Source: Candidatus Saccharimonadales bacterium
Lineage (GTDB): Bacteria > Patescibacteriota > Saccharimonadia > Saccharimonadales > JAYRRP01
Direction of reading: 5' to 3'
Assembly (NCBI GenBank): GCA_041906765.1
Contig: JAYRIP010000004.1
Coordinates: 68,223 to 132,222 of the forward strand
Length of the DNA stretch: 64,000 nt
Positions 9,592 to 19,466 of the stretch are shown in pieces. A program made the translations under genes and the position numbers. Position 1 is the stretch's first letter, and every line of letters starts with the position of its first letter. The notes below the pieces were generated by a model. The model saw only the letters and a list, made by a program, of their open reading frames with translations. It was not told the DNA's origin and did no database searches.

Positions 9592-10452
9592 ATGCCCCCA
9601 ACTACAGCTACTAGTCCTCCGCCCGTTGCAGGTCCACCTGTGAGCGCTCCTCCAGCACCATCTTCACCAGGACAATTTCAACCGCCGCCACCCGCTCCCA
9701 TGCAACTTAACCCAGTGTATACACAGAATAATAAGTTGGCCATTGCGAGCGTCATACTCGGCATAATTTCAATTCCTGCTTCATTGTTAACGTTATTTAC
9801 GGTTGCAATTCCTATTATTGGTGTAGTGCTCGGCATCTTAAGTATTAAGAAACAACGCGGTTTGGCAATCGCCGGCATCATTCTTTCCTCAATTGGCATT
9901 GCACTTACTATTGGACTACTGGTGTTCGGGATAATGCATGTAAAGAAGAACGGCACAAGCACCAGCAAATCAAATTCTACGAGCCAAGCGTCAGCTGCCG
10001 CAGGCGAAACTATTGATACAGATTGTTATAGCGTCAATCTACCAAACGGGCTGGAAAAAAGTGATATTCAAGAAAATGAGGGTTGTAAATTAAAAGCTGT
10101 TAATAAAAATAGCACGGAAGACTTCGTTGTTTATAAGTTTGAGGACGAGGTAAAGACAGAGGCGCAGGCTAACAAATATTTTGAGAGCGGTATTGAAGGT
10201 GGAAAAAGCGGCATTGAAAGTGCAGGAGGACATATCACGAGCGAAAAGTCTGTTACCTTAGATGGTGCAAAAGCTTACCGGATTTCATCCAGCGAAGCAG
10301 AAGGGAACTATAAGTATGGGGAAACTATCTACGCTTTACGTACAGAAGCAATCAGTACGGGCGTAAAAGCAACCTTCTATGCGATTGCCTGCGACTCCCA
10401 ATCAAATAAAAATTGCCTCGATAACGTAGCAGAATCATGGAAATGGAAGTAA
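9592..10452 (+). CDS. DUF4190-type membrane protein with Pro-rich N-terminus and PsbP-like extracellular domain
   Basis: N.LAIASVILGI..G.VLG....RGLAIAGIILS pattern followed by a soluble domain. Confidence 0.65.
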   Translation: MPPTTATSPPPVAGPPVSAPPAPSSPGQFQPPPPAPMQLNPVYTQNNKLAIASVILGIISIPASLLTLFTVAIPIIGVVLGILSIKKQRGLAIAGIILSSIGIALTIGLLVFGIMHVKKNGTSTSKSNSTSQASAAAGETIDTDCYSVNLPNGLEKSDIQENEGCKLKAVNKNSTEDFVVYKFEDEVKTEAQANKYFESGIEGGKSGIESAGGHITSEKSVTLDGAKAYRISSSEAEGNYKYGETIYALRTEAISTGVKATFYAIACDSQSNKNCLDNVAESWKWK

Positions 10453-10461
10453 AATAAGCCC

Positions 10462-10755
10462 ATGGCACATCATACCGATCATTTACATGCACATTTAGTA
10501 GAGAATCACACCGCAAATATTATCCTAGTGAGTGTCATTATATCGCTTTGTCTGTCACTTGGTAGTGCGTTTCTTATGGTACAAAGTGGTAATACCATTA
10601 CATTCAACCAGCCATCGACTATTCTTAATACTTCTGCCGCCGTGAAGCAGCCGACTTCTCCCGCGACAGTTGAACCTGAATATGGACTTGGTGGTCAGAT
10701 AGCCCAGCAAGGCGTAGCTGCTCAAAGCGCAAATCTGAATCCTATTAGCCAGTAA
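10462..10755 (+). CDS. Small single-TM hypothetical protein
   Basis: ORF in operon-like position with one hydrophobic helix. Confidence 0.55.
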   Translation: MAHHTDHLHAHLVENHTANIILVSVIISLCLSLGSAFLMVQSGNTITFNQPSTILNTSAAVKQPTSPATVEPEYGLGGQIAQQGVAAQSANLNPISQ

Positions 10756-10814
10756 TCAACTCACTCTGGGTTCGTCCCTGCGGTTCTATCGTAAGCTTTG
10801 CTATACTTAAAAAT

Positions 10815-11450
10815 ATGGAGTTAATTAAGTACGAACATGCCTGTGTAGAGTTGCGTTCAGAGAACACTAGGCTAGTAGTGGACCCTGGTGTATACACAAA
10901 AACACTCACCGACACTTCGGGTATTACTGCCGTAGTGGTCACCCATATGCATCCTGACCACTTTGATCCTAAGCGCTTGAAGGAAATTGCCACGTCAAAT
11001 CCAAACCTCACTATTTTTGCCCCGGCAGAAGTAACCAGTCAGTTAGCAGACTTGCAAACCAATACGGTAGAGGTAAATAAAGAATATAAAGTTGCAAACT
11101 TTACGCTAGAGTTCTTTGGCGGCCAACACGCCTCCATTCGACCAGGACTGCCCGTAATCCAAAATTTTGGCGTACTTATTAACGATACCATGTACTACCC
11201 GGGGGATTCTTTTACCCCCTGTCCTAAACCACATGATGTCTTGCTCTTGCCAGTCATGGCGCCATGGCTGAAGTTCTCAGAAACAAATGACTTTATCGCC
11301 GCTGATTCAGCTACCAAGCTGATTCCCACCCATAATGGTTTTCTAAACGATGACGGGCAAGATTTATACAAACGTCTCGTGTCCTCAGTTGTTGACTCCA
11401 CTAACAAGCAACTGTATTACTTAGCACCTGGTGCATCAATGAACATATAG
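10815..11450 (+). CDS. MBL-fold metallo-hydrolase
   Basis: HAC, DPG, THMHPDH, YYPGDS, IPTH motifs. Confidence 0.9.
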   Translation: MELIKYEHACVELRSENTRLVVDPGVYTKTLTDTSGITAVVVTHMHPDHFDPKRLKEIATSNPNLTIFAPAEVTSQLADLQTNTVEVNKEYKVANFTLEFFGGQHASIRPGLPVIQNFGVLINDTMYYPGDSFTPCPKPHDVLLLPVMAPWLKFSETNDFIAADSATKLIPTHNGFLNDDGQDLYKRLVSSVVDSTNKQLYYLAPGASMNI

Positions 11451-11477
11451 GTTGCTCACAGGTTACAATAACTGGAG

Positions 11478-12278
11478 ATGTTAAAACTCTATTCTTGGAA
11501 CGTAAACGGTATCCGTGCCGTACATAATAAAGGGTTGTTTTTGCCTTTTATCCAGACACACAACCCTGATATTTTATGCTTGCAAGAAACCAAGGCTGAG
11601 CAGGGGCAAGCCGAAATAGATTTGCCCAATTACACCGAATATTGGAATTCAGCCAAAAAAAGAGGCTACAGTGGCACCGCCATATTTACCAAGACTAAAC
11701 CACTGCGTGTCGTGAGTGGTTTTCCGAAAGATATCATCGAGAAATACAAGGTAACCGGCGATAGTTATGGTAACCCCAATGATGAGGGTCGAGTGATTGC
11801 TGCCGAATACGACACATTTTGGGTAGTAACAGTATATACGCCCAACAGCAAGGGGGATCTTTCGCGCCTAGAGTTACGTTACCGGCATTGGGACCCGGCA
11901 TTTTTAGCCTATGTTAAACAGCTAGAGAAGACCAAACCGGTAATTTTTTGTGGCGACTTAAACGTAGCTCACCAAGAAATTGACCTTGCTAACCCCAAGC
12001 CGAATATTGGCAAACATGGTTTTACCAATGAGGAACGTGAATGCTTCCAGAGTTTCCTGGACAGCGGCTTTGTAGATACTTTTCGCAGTCTCCACCCAAA
12101 TACCACCCAAGCCTATACTTGGTGGACGCATTGGGCAAACGCCAGAGCACGCAACGTTGGATGGAGAATTGATTATGTACTAGTCTCAAATAAATTAAAA
12201 CCTTTGGTGCAAAAAGCCGAAATTCACCCTGATATTATGGGTTCAGATCACTGTCCTGTTAGTATTGAGCTAATCTAG
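11478..12278 (+). CDS. xth: Exodeoxyribonuclease III (AP endonuclease)
   Basis: SWNVNGIRA, LQETK, GDLNVAH, GWRIDY, GSDHCPV. Confidence 0.96.
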   Translation: MLKLYSWNVNGIRAVHNKGLFLPFIQTHNPDILCLQETKAEQGQAEIDLPNYTEYWNSAKKRGYSGTAIFTKTKPLRVVSGFPKDIIEKYKVTGDSYGNPNDEGRVIAAEYDTFWVVTVYTPNSKGDLSRLELRYRHWDPAFLAYVKQLEKTKPVIFCGDLNVAHQEIDLANPKPNIGKHGFTNEERECFQSFLDSGFVDTFRSLHPNTTQAYTWWTHWANARARNVGWRIDYVLVSNKLKPLVQKAEIHPDIMGSDHCPVSIELI

Positions 12279-13041
12279 TTGAATGTAGCCTATCGCTAGC
12301 TTCATAGACGGCATTCTGCATTTTTGGCCTTAACTCTTCTATTACCTGGTCTTGGCTAGAATATCCCTCGACAATCATAGGGTTTCCCACGTGAATAAAT
12401 GGCTTTCGCCACGATTCACTGTCAGAATACTGTAAACCTACTGGAATAATACCCACTGTTGCTTCTGTTAATAGTTTTCCGACAATAATCCCTATTCCGG
12501 ATTTTAATGGTTGAACTTCAACGCTGTTTACTTTGTTTCTGGTACCCTCGGGGAAAATTGCCATATTGTCATCGTACTCCACTATTCTATAAAGAGCCGT
12601 GTCAATAAATCTATCGGCTGCACGCCTTTGCAGCTCAACTTGACCAGGATCGTCGGTTTTTATATCTAGCGCTCGGAATACAGGTATGGCACCCATAACC
12701 TCAACCCCGGCTCTAAGGATTTTATTCTGAAACAAACTTTCTTTGGCGGGTATAAATGTTTTGCCGACTAGTGGCTTAAGTGAGGCTTCGCGTCTTGCTA
12801 GAGCCGATACAACATACTGGTCTTTATCATTAATATGGTTGGGGGTCACAATAACCTTGGAATTACTACTAATTAACTGCTCGATTGTTTCTTCTGCACC
12901 TGAGTCATAGCTAACCTGAGGTTTTGCGATTAAGCTCATAGCTTTAAATCCTATTCTTGTTGCTCGATCGCTAGGCACAAAATCTCTGTAAAAATCATAA
13001 ACTTGTTCGTAATTCTGCAATTTAACAGGCGGTTTTTTCAT
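12259..13041 (-). CDS. PlsC-like lysophospholipid acyltransferase
   Basis: NH(X4)D (NHINDKD), AKESLF, GAIPVFR, FPEGTR; ATG 13041 lies 6 nt after TATAAT. Confidence 0.85.
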   Translation of the reverse strand: MKKPPVKLQNYEQVYDFYRDFVPSDRATRIGFKAMSLIAKPQVSYDSGAEETIEQLISSNSKVIVTPNHINDKDQYVVSALARREASLKPLVGKTFIPAKESLFQNKILRAGVEVMGAIPVFRALDIKTDDPGQVELQRRAADRFIDTALYRIVEYDDNMAIFPEGTRNKVNSVEVQPLKSGIGIIVGKLLTEATVGIIPVGLQYSDSESWRKPFIHVGNPMIVEGYSSQDQVIEELRPKMQNAVYEASDRLHSTRLAQY

Positions 13042-13104
13042 ACTCAAATTATACTCATATTATATTAAATAAAGATATGTTAACTCGTAATGTAAACTAC
13101 AAGA

Positions 13105-13815
13105 GTGAGAAAGTTTGCAGTTTTTGATATAGATGGCACGCTTATACGTTGGCAGCTCTACCATGCGGTCGTGGACGCACTGGGCAAGAGCCACTTGCTT
13201 GACGAAACTGCTTACCAAAAAGTTAAGGAAGCCCGGATGCAGTGGAAACGCCGGGAACACACGGATGCTTATAGGGACTATGAGCGATTGCTTATCAAGG
13301 TATACGAACAAGCTCTGCCCGCAATTGCCCCGAAACAATTTGATAAAGTCGCTGAGAGCGTAGCACACGAGTATAAGGCGCAGGTGTACACCTTTACCAG
13401 AGATTTGATCGGCAAACTCAAGCGACAGAATTACTTCTTGTTAGCTATCTCCGGATCACATCGTGAACTTATCCGCCATGTCGCACATCTGTATGGTTTT
13501 GATGATTGGGTAGGAAGTGAGTATGAACGACAGGCAGAACGATTTACAGGCAGGCGGAAACTCGCCAGTGAAGCAAAAGATAAAATATTGCGACACATGG
13601 TGAGAACACACAGCTTAACGTATACATCCAGCCTTGGCGTTGGTGACAGTCTGAGTGATGCGGCTTTTCTGCAGCTGGTTGAAACGCCAATTGCTTTTAA
13701 TCCCACCGAAGAATTGCTTGAAATCGCCCAAAGTAAGCACTGGGCACTGGTGATTGAACGTAAGAATGTAGTGTATGAGTTGAGCTGGAAAAATGGACAA
13801 TACGTACTGGCATAA
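13105..13815 (+). CDS. HAD-IB family phosphatase
   Basis: FDIDGTL, ISGS, K, GDSLSD, FNP motifs. Confidence 0.9.
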   Translation: MRKFAVFDIDGTLIRWQLYHAVVDALGKSHLLDETAYQKVKEARMQWKRREHTDAYRDYERLLIKVYEQALPAIAPKQFDKVAESVAHEYKAQVYTFTRDLIGKLKRQNYFLLAISGSHRELIRHVAHLYGFDDWVGSEYERQAERFTGRRKLASEAKDKILRHMVRTHSLTYTSSLGVGDSLSDAAFLQLVETPIAFNPTEELLEIAQSKHWALVIERKNVVYELSWKNGQYVLA

Positions 13816-14584
13816 ACAAATCGCCGGCAAGCCACTGTTTCCTGACTTAATTTGGAGCCGACCAGAGAACCGAAACTACGCTGGCAAGTTGCTAATCATC
13901 GGTGGCAACTCGCATGGATTTGCGGCACCTGCCCAAGCTTTCATCGAATCCGAAAAGACAGGCATAGGTAGTCTACGGGTATTATTGCCAGATGCCCTGC
14001 AAAAAAGTTTAAGTTCACAGATCGAAAACGCCTACTTTTTGCCTAGCACACCCAGCGGTAGCTTTAGCCAACAAGCATTAGGAGAAATATTAGACCATAC
14101 CGCGTGGGCCGACGGTACTTTGCTGGCCGGTGATTTCGGGAAGAATAGTGAAACAACAATACTGCTTGAGAAATATGTAAAGGAGAACACTAAGCCACTC
14201 ATCCTAACACAAGATGCAGTAGACAACTTTGTAAATAATCCCAGTTTATTACAGGCTTCTGGTAACCTCTGTCTTGTTGCAAATATTAGACAGCTCCAAA
14301 AAATAGTCACCTCATTGCATATAGACAAGACTGTTACCTCAGATATGGATGTAATGCGCTTAGCTGAGGTGCTGCACCACATCTCAAACAATTTTAATCC
14401 TGTAATTGTAGCTATACATAGCAACTATATTTTCGTAGCCTTAAGGGGCCGCATAAGCACTACAATCATGGCAAACACTAAACAAGCTAGTGAAGTACAA
14501 GTAGCTGCTTATGCTAGCGTTTGGTATATACAAAACCCCAGCAAACCCTTTGAAGCAATCACTACTTCCTTAATCGACAATTGA
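13793..14584 (+). CDS. NAD(P)HX dehydratase (YjeF-C/ribokinase-like) homolog
   Basis: RPE...AGKLLIIGG..GFAAP motif; degenerate C-terminal motifs. Confidence 0.7.
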   Translation: MDNTYWHKQIAGKPLFPDLIWSRPENRNYAGKLLIIGGNSHGFAAPAQAFIESEKTGIGSLRVLLPDALQKSLSSQIENAYFLPSTPSGSFSQQALGEILDHTAWADGTLLAGDFGKNSETTILLEKYVKENTKPLILTQDAVDNFVNNPSLLQASGNLCLVANIRQLQKIVTSLHIDKTVTSDMDVMRLAEVLHHISNNFNPVIVAIHSNYIFVALRGRISTTIMANTKQASEVQVAAYASVWYIQNPSKPFEAITTSLIDN

Positions 14585-14669
14585 TTACATTTTGTTGGTT
14601 TTCCAGACACAGGCATATAGTGTGTACAGAAATTAACTTGTCATTCTAACACCACGTTGAGTGTCTACC

Positions 14670-16664
14670 TCACCTGCAAAACCACGCAATGAACCAATCA
14701 CAGCGGCCATAACGGGACGTAGATTTCTCTGATTCCTGACCGGAGTTGTCGAGTGCGGTAACGGTATAGGTGTAGCCGGTGAAGCCTTTGACGGTGTTAT
14801 CAAAGGCAACGATCTTACCACTTGTAGCTTTTGTAATATTCGCGGCAGTAAGTTCAGAACCGTTTCGATACAGCTTGTAGTTGGTGGCGCCACTGACCGG
14901 ATCCCACTGCAAGTTAAAGCCAGTACTGGCGACAAAGTTACGGGACAGCAGCGTAAAGTTACTAGGTGTCTCAACTGGCGGCGGAGGAGGAGGCGGTGGT
15001 GGTGGCGGCGTAACCGTACTATTGGCAACGTTTACCGCGACACTGGTACTGGCGTTATTGCCAGCTGCGTCATAGGCTTTGGCCGTGACGGTATGGCTGC
15101 CGTTAGACAAGCCCGTGGTATCTAGACCGGTGGTATAGGGATCAGAACTGTCGCTAAAGTTCAGGCTACCGTCGACCAGGAAGTCTACTTTAGTTACAGT
15201 TGTATTATCTGAGGCATTGGCAGTAACGGCCAGCGAGGAGCCGGAAACCGTTGCACCGCTGGAGGGAGCAGTGATACTGACCGTGGGTTTAGTGGTGTCG
15301 GGGGGAGGGGGTGGGGTAGTGGTAGTAACAGTACTGAATAATTTATCCTGATTAGCTGTCAGTGCAGCTCTAATTTTCTGGCCATCAGCAGTATCATTGG
15401 CAATAGCAGCACGCAGCACCGGTTGTTGAACCTCAACATAAGAAGCGTGGTAATTTACAGCATTTTGTATAGAGGTGGCAAATTGATCTGGAGATACAAG
15501 CACACCGCCACCACCGATACCGGAAACTCCACCGATCATCTGATAACCGATGATACCTTTATTGACTTTCCCATCAACCGGATTGTAGTTCTCGCCAACC
15601 CATCTACTAAAGGTTTCCGGGCCATCGGGTGACGCATTAAGACCATTATATTGAATGAAGAATCCTCGCTTGCTACTGGTACCTTGAGGATAATTACCCC
15701 AGTTACTTCTCGACGTTTGAAACTCCTTTGCCAAGAAGGGGTGTCTGTTTATATTTGCCTTGTCAGCATTATATTTTCCATCCGCATCACACAGTCCCAG
15801 CCCACCAGCCTTGGCAAGTGGCTGAGTAGGGAAATTATCTGCAAATACTTTGTCATAAAAATTGAGCGAGGCATCATTATAAGCATTTCGCACATCGTCA
15901 TAATCAGCTTTGCTGTTATTGTTCCAATCTTTATATTGTGCCGATGCCTTATATTGACTTATCCACGCTTGAGCTTCGGTGCCGTTTTCCGGACAGCCTG
16001 GCATGTATGGCTCGCCATAATGTTTCCATGGCGCCGTCGGGAATAAGATAAGGTTAGGATACTCCGATAACTTTTTGCCATTTACTGTATGGTTTGCCAA
16101 TTGACTAACAAATGTCTTCCAGTCAGCTTGGGTCGTTTTATCCCAAAAGACAGGATTGTAGTTATAGCCCGTACTGGCGACGTCAAATTTAATCGTTTCA
16201 GCCGCAGGATTGCCGCCGTGCGGGCTGAATAACCAGCTGGGCAGCCCACTTTTCTCATCAGGCTTCGTGCTGCTATATCCAAACATCACCCTAATCATCA
16301 TAGGTTTATTGCCGGCAGCTACACTTGCATTTATTGCATCATCAAAAACTTTAAAATCATATTGTCCGTAGGTTGGTTCAACGTCAGACCAATTAACCCG
16401 TACGCTTAATCCAGCCACCAATGGATTTTTGAGATCTTCTGGGATCGGCTTATATACAGACTTACCGATCATCATATAATAGCCCTTATACTCTGTTGAG
16501 GTTTCTGCTTTACCCACAAGCAACAAATATATGCCCAGTGCGGCAAATCCAAAAATAATAATACCAACTAGGGGTAGACTAAAACGCTTTTTTTGACGGA
16601 GCTTATTTTTGCTGACACTTACACGATTTTTCATCACTTTTTTAGTTTTTGGTTGTTTTTTCAT
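14670..16664 (-). CDS. Secreted or membrane-anchored glycoside-hydrolase-like TIM barrel plus Ig (Big) and FN3 domains
   Basis: N-terminal TM; VRVNWSDVEP..GQYDF, GLPSWL, PVFWD (GH-A clan-like); DTTKPTVSITAP..VTKVDF..AKAYDAAGN; poly-Pro linkers; W..V.GA..Y..YRNG..Y.VTA FN3. Confidence 0.75.
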   Translation of the reverse strand: MKKQPKTKKVMKNRVSVSKNKLRQKKRFSLPLVGIIIFGFAALGIYLLLVGKAETSTEYKGYYMMIGKSVYKPIPEDLKNPLVAGLSVRVNWSDVEPTYGQYDFKVFDDAINASVAAGNKPMMIRVMFGYSSTKPDEKSGLPSWLFSPHGGNPAAETIKFDVASTGYNYNPVFWDKTTQADWKTFVSQLANHTVNGKKLSEYPNLILFPTAPWKHYGEPYMPGCPENGTEAQAWISQYKASAQYKDWNNNSKADYDDVRNAYNDASLNFYDKVFADNFPTQPLAKAGGLGLCDADGKYNADKANINRHPFLAKEFQTSRSNWGNYPQGTSSKRGFFIQYNGLNASPDGPETFSRWVGENYNPVDGKVNKGIIGYQMIGGVSGIGGGGVLVSPDQFATSIQNAVNYHASYVEVQQPVLRAAIANDTADGQKIRAALTANQDKLFSTVTTTTPPPPPDTTKPTVSITAPSSGATVSGSSLAVTANASDNTTVTKVDFLVDGSLNFSDSSDPYTTGLDTTGLSNGSHTVTAKAYDAAGNNASTSVAVNVANSTVTPPPPPPPPPPPVETPSNFTLLSRNFVASTGFNLQWDPVSGATNYKLYRNGSELTAANITKATSGKIVAFDNTVKGFTGYTYTVTALDNSGQESEKSTSRYGRCDWFIAWFCR

Positions 16665-16851
16665 TTTTAATCTTAAATTTATTTTATTGACTAATTATAG
16701 CATTATAGCACGCCAGGCAAATAGCTTAGCTCCGTTGCATTATTATGATTGGATTACGTAGATAAGAGCAGCTCAAAAACACCTAATAACTATACATTTA
16801 GTTATTCACTGCTGTGGCTTACTGTTTGCTATATATAGATTTTGCGCAAGA

Positions 16852-17406
16852 CTAAAAGTCGGTAGCAGTAAGCGCATCCGCATGTTGATCTAGCCAAGCA
16901 TTATCTACTGCGATAATATCTGCATCGTAAGACGAACCATTTGCATTCGTCACAGTTATAATATCGCCAACTTTTCCACCAATGAGTGCCTTACCAAGTG
17001 ACGCTTCCACGCCTACTACTGTAAGCTCTTCTTCATTGTTTTCATTTTCCCAAGCCTGTTGATATTTATGGGGATTCAAGGAAGCTATACCGACAATAAG
17101 CGCATCATATGCATTAGGTGAAAACGTGTCCCTAATCCGCACCAAACTACCAAGTGCAATTTGTTCAGCGTCTATCTCTGGATAATTTTCAACTTCAGAA
17201 TGAATCAGCGCATCAGATAAGGGTCCGTATGTATTGTCTATCAGTTTCATGCGGTCACGAACTTCATCGTATGCCGCATTGTCGTGCCAGACATTTCCGC
17301 TTTCAACAGCATCACCCATATCATGAGCTGCCTGTTGATTGGCAATCCTACCTTCTTCTAACTTATTATTCAACCATTTTAGTTCGTGGGGCAATATATT
17401 TGACAT
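16852..17406 (-). CDS. GreA/GreB-like protein
   Basis: Coiled-coil with WHDNAAYDE, LGSLVRI, ASLGKALIGGKVGD; ATG 17406 lies 7 nt after -10 TACACT. Confidence 0.75.
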   Translation of the reverse strand: MSNILPHELKWLNNKLEEGRIANQQAAHDMGDAVESGNVWHDNAAYDEVRDRMKLIDNTYGPLSDALIHSEVENYPEIDAEQIALGSLVRIRDTFSPNAYDALIVGIASLNPHKYQQAWENENNEEELTVVGVEASLGKALIGGKVGDIITVTNANGSSYDADIIAVDNAWLDQHADALTATDF

Positions 17407-17413
17407 GACAGAT

Positions 17414-17458
17414 AGTGTATACAACAGTATTGCTACAGTCAATACGTTATTGTATAAT
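17414..17458. promoter_or_regulatory. Overlapping divergent sigma70-type promoters within an inverted repeat
   Basis: + strand TTGCTA(17430)-17-TATAAT(17453); - strand TTGACT(17442)-17-TACACT(17419). Confidence 0.65.
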
Positions 17459-17523
17459 ATCTTTACAGTAAACGTTGGGCTTAAAGAGACATACTCGGTA
17501 GCTTATTTTCAATTCACAAAATT

Positions 17524-18252
17524 ATGGCCTACTATGAATCCAGTCACGGAGCGATTATAACCTTTAACGGACCAGATGGTTGCGGAAAGAGTACGGTTGC
17601 AAAAACAGTAGCTTGCACAATAGACAACGATAATTCAGAAACGCTCTTGATAGGTTCTAGTGAATTTAAGAATTGGTTACACCCGGATATATTTAAACGC
17701 TATATTGGCTCTGTTGATAGGCTGGAAAGAGGAACCGCAGTTAACGCGTCGACAAAAGAAAAAACAGCCTTATACGAAGACATAGCTATATGTCTCTACG
17801 GTCTCGCTGCACAGCATGCAAAAAATCGTGGTGATGTCATTGTACATTCTGATCCTTATCTAAAACGATTGATCTGGGCGAAAATGCATATGTCAGAAGA
17901 TAACTTCTGGCAATATGCTACCTATCTGGACGATTATATGAGTGATAAGGTGGGCGATAATTTTGCTTCACATGCAGTAACAATGCACATAAGTGCAGAA
18001 GATACTTATGGGCGCATCCTACAAAGAGATACAGTAGACGAATACGATCCTTCCAGCAAAGAAGAGACACTCACGCTTGTGAGTGCGGTTGACTATGTAG
18101 AGTCGCATTTTCTTGGAGATACCCGGCCATACCCACGACTCTTTGGTGTTGCTGTACTGCACATTAGCAATCCTTCTGTGCAACCAGATTTTATGCAGAC
18201 ACGCCTGGATGATTTCGCAGCCCAAGTAAATCAGTTTGTAAAAGGTTGCTAG
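17524..18252 (+). CDS. Thymidylate-kinase-like P-loop NMP kinase
   Basis: ITFNGPDGCGKST Walker A; VIVHSDPY (DR-like); lid region YGRILQRD. Confidence 0.7.
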   Translation: MAYYESSHGAIITFNGPDGCGKSTVAKTVACTIDNDNSETLLIGSSEFKNWLHPDIFKRYIGSVDRLERGTAVNASTKEKTALYEDIAICLYGLAAQHAKNRGDVIVHSDPYLKRLIWAKMHMSEDNFWQYATYLDDYMSDKVGDNFASHAVTMHISAEDTYGRILQRDTVDEYDPSSKEETLTLVSAVDYVESHFLGDTRPYPRLFGVAVLHISNPSVQPDFMQTRLDDFAAQVNQFVKGC

Positions 18253-18254
18253 AG

Positions 18255-19454
18255 ATGATGGAAAACAAGAATACAATTCATTATTTAGACAATTCAATAA
18301 ATCTTCACTGCGACGAAAAGAGTCAGCAGATGACTCAAGCTATTTCCGCGAGACATGAAGGTGCTGTTGTTGTGGAGATAGGACCGGGTGGTGGCGCAGC
18401 TCTTATGGGAGTATGTGACCAGAATATTCAAAGAGGAGACCAACAACTAAAAGATATACATATAACCACTGTTGAACTTTTCTCCTCACAATCTTCTACA
18501 CTTATAGAAGCCAGCCAACGATTACAAGAACAGGGAGCAACTGTTAATCATATTCAAGGCAACGCTACGAATCTACCATTCGCAGACAAGTCTGTAGACA
18601 TAATAAATTGTTCATCTGTATTACACGAAGTATTTTCATATGAGGGCGGTAGAACAGCACTCGTAAAGACTCTTCAAGAAATAAAGAGAATAACAAAACC
18701 AGGAGCTGATTTATTATATCGAGACGTTTATCCCGTTGAAACTAGTTTGCTTACACCGATTAAACAAAGATATGATCAACCGTCATGGATTGAGTTTGTA
18801 AATCGATTTATACCGTATTATTTAAAAGATAATAATCTTTATACCAAAAGCTCAGTAGATATCTCAGAGCACGAGGGAGTGTTACTTGCAAATATACCTG
18901 CAGGCTTGGCACGAGAAGTCCAACGACACTACATAACCTTTAGAGACCAATTAATTCGTAGCGGCATTCTCGGCACCAAGATTGATACTGATCGTTATGA
19001 TGAAACAGAGTGGGTCCGTTGCGCTAATGGATTTGAGAAAAAAATATATTTATTGCAACAGAACGGCAATTCATTGCTTGCTCATGATTTGCCTGTACAA
19101 GAAGACAGAACGGGTATTTTTGTGCCTGCTTCAGATTTTGATCAGTTTATCGACAATCAACTTGCACGATTTTTCAAAGCATTGCAACGTAAAGATCCAG
19201 AAGTAGAAGCCATATACGATTCCTGGCTTAAGCGCGAGGGTCATGAATCGTACATATATGGATCTGTGAGTGAAGTTACTGACATGTTACGTACCTCTGG
19301 CCAAGGATGTAATGATGAAGAGCACTTCACGATAACCTCTCCCGGTGCTTACACTATAGCTGAAAGAGATTACTACACTAGTTATTTAAAAAGAGTACTC
19401 GGCGAATATGCACTACCAGACAGAAAATTGATAATTTCTCTCGTAAAGAAATAA
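18255..19454 (+). CDS. Class I SAM methyltransferase with large C-terminal extension
   Basis: VEIGPGGG, GNATNLPFADKSVD, SSVLHEVFSY, KPG..LLYRD. Confidence 0.85.
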   Translation: MMENKNTIHYLDNSINLHCDEKSQQMTQAISARHEGAVVVEIGPGGGAALMGVCDQNIQRGDQQLKDIHITTVELFSSQSSTLIEASQRLQEQGATVNHIQGNATNLPFADKSVDIINCSSVLHEVFSYEGGRTALVKTLQEIKRITKPGADLLYRDVYPVETSLLTPIKQRYDQPSWIEFVNRFIPYYLKDNNLYTKSSVDISEHEGVLLANIPAGLAREVQRHYITFRDQLIRSGILGTKIDTDRYDETEWVRCANGFEKKIYLLQQNGNSLLAHDLPVQEDRTGIFVPASDFDQFIDNQLARFFKALQRKDPEVEAIYDSWLKREGHESYIYGSVSEVTDMLRTSGQGCNDEEHFTITSPGAYTIAERDYYTSYLKRVLGEYALPDRKLIISLVKK

Positions 19455-19466
19455 TATAATATAACG

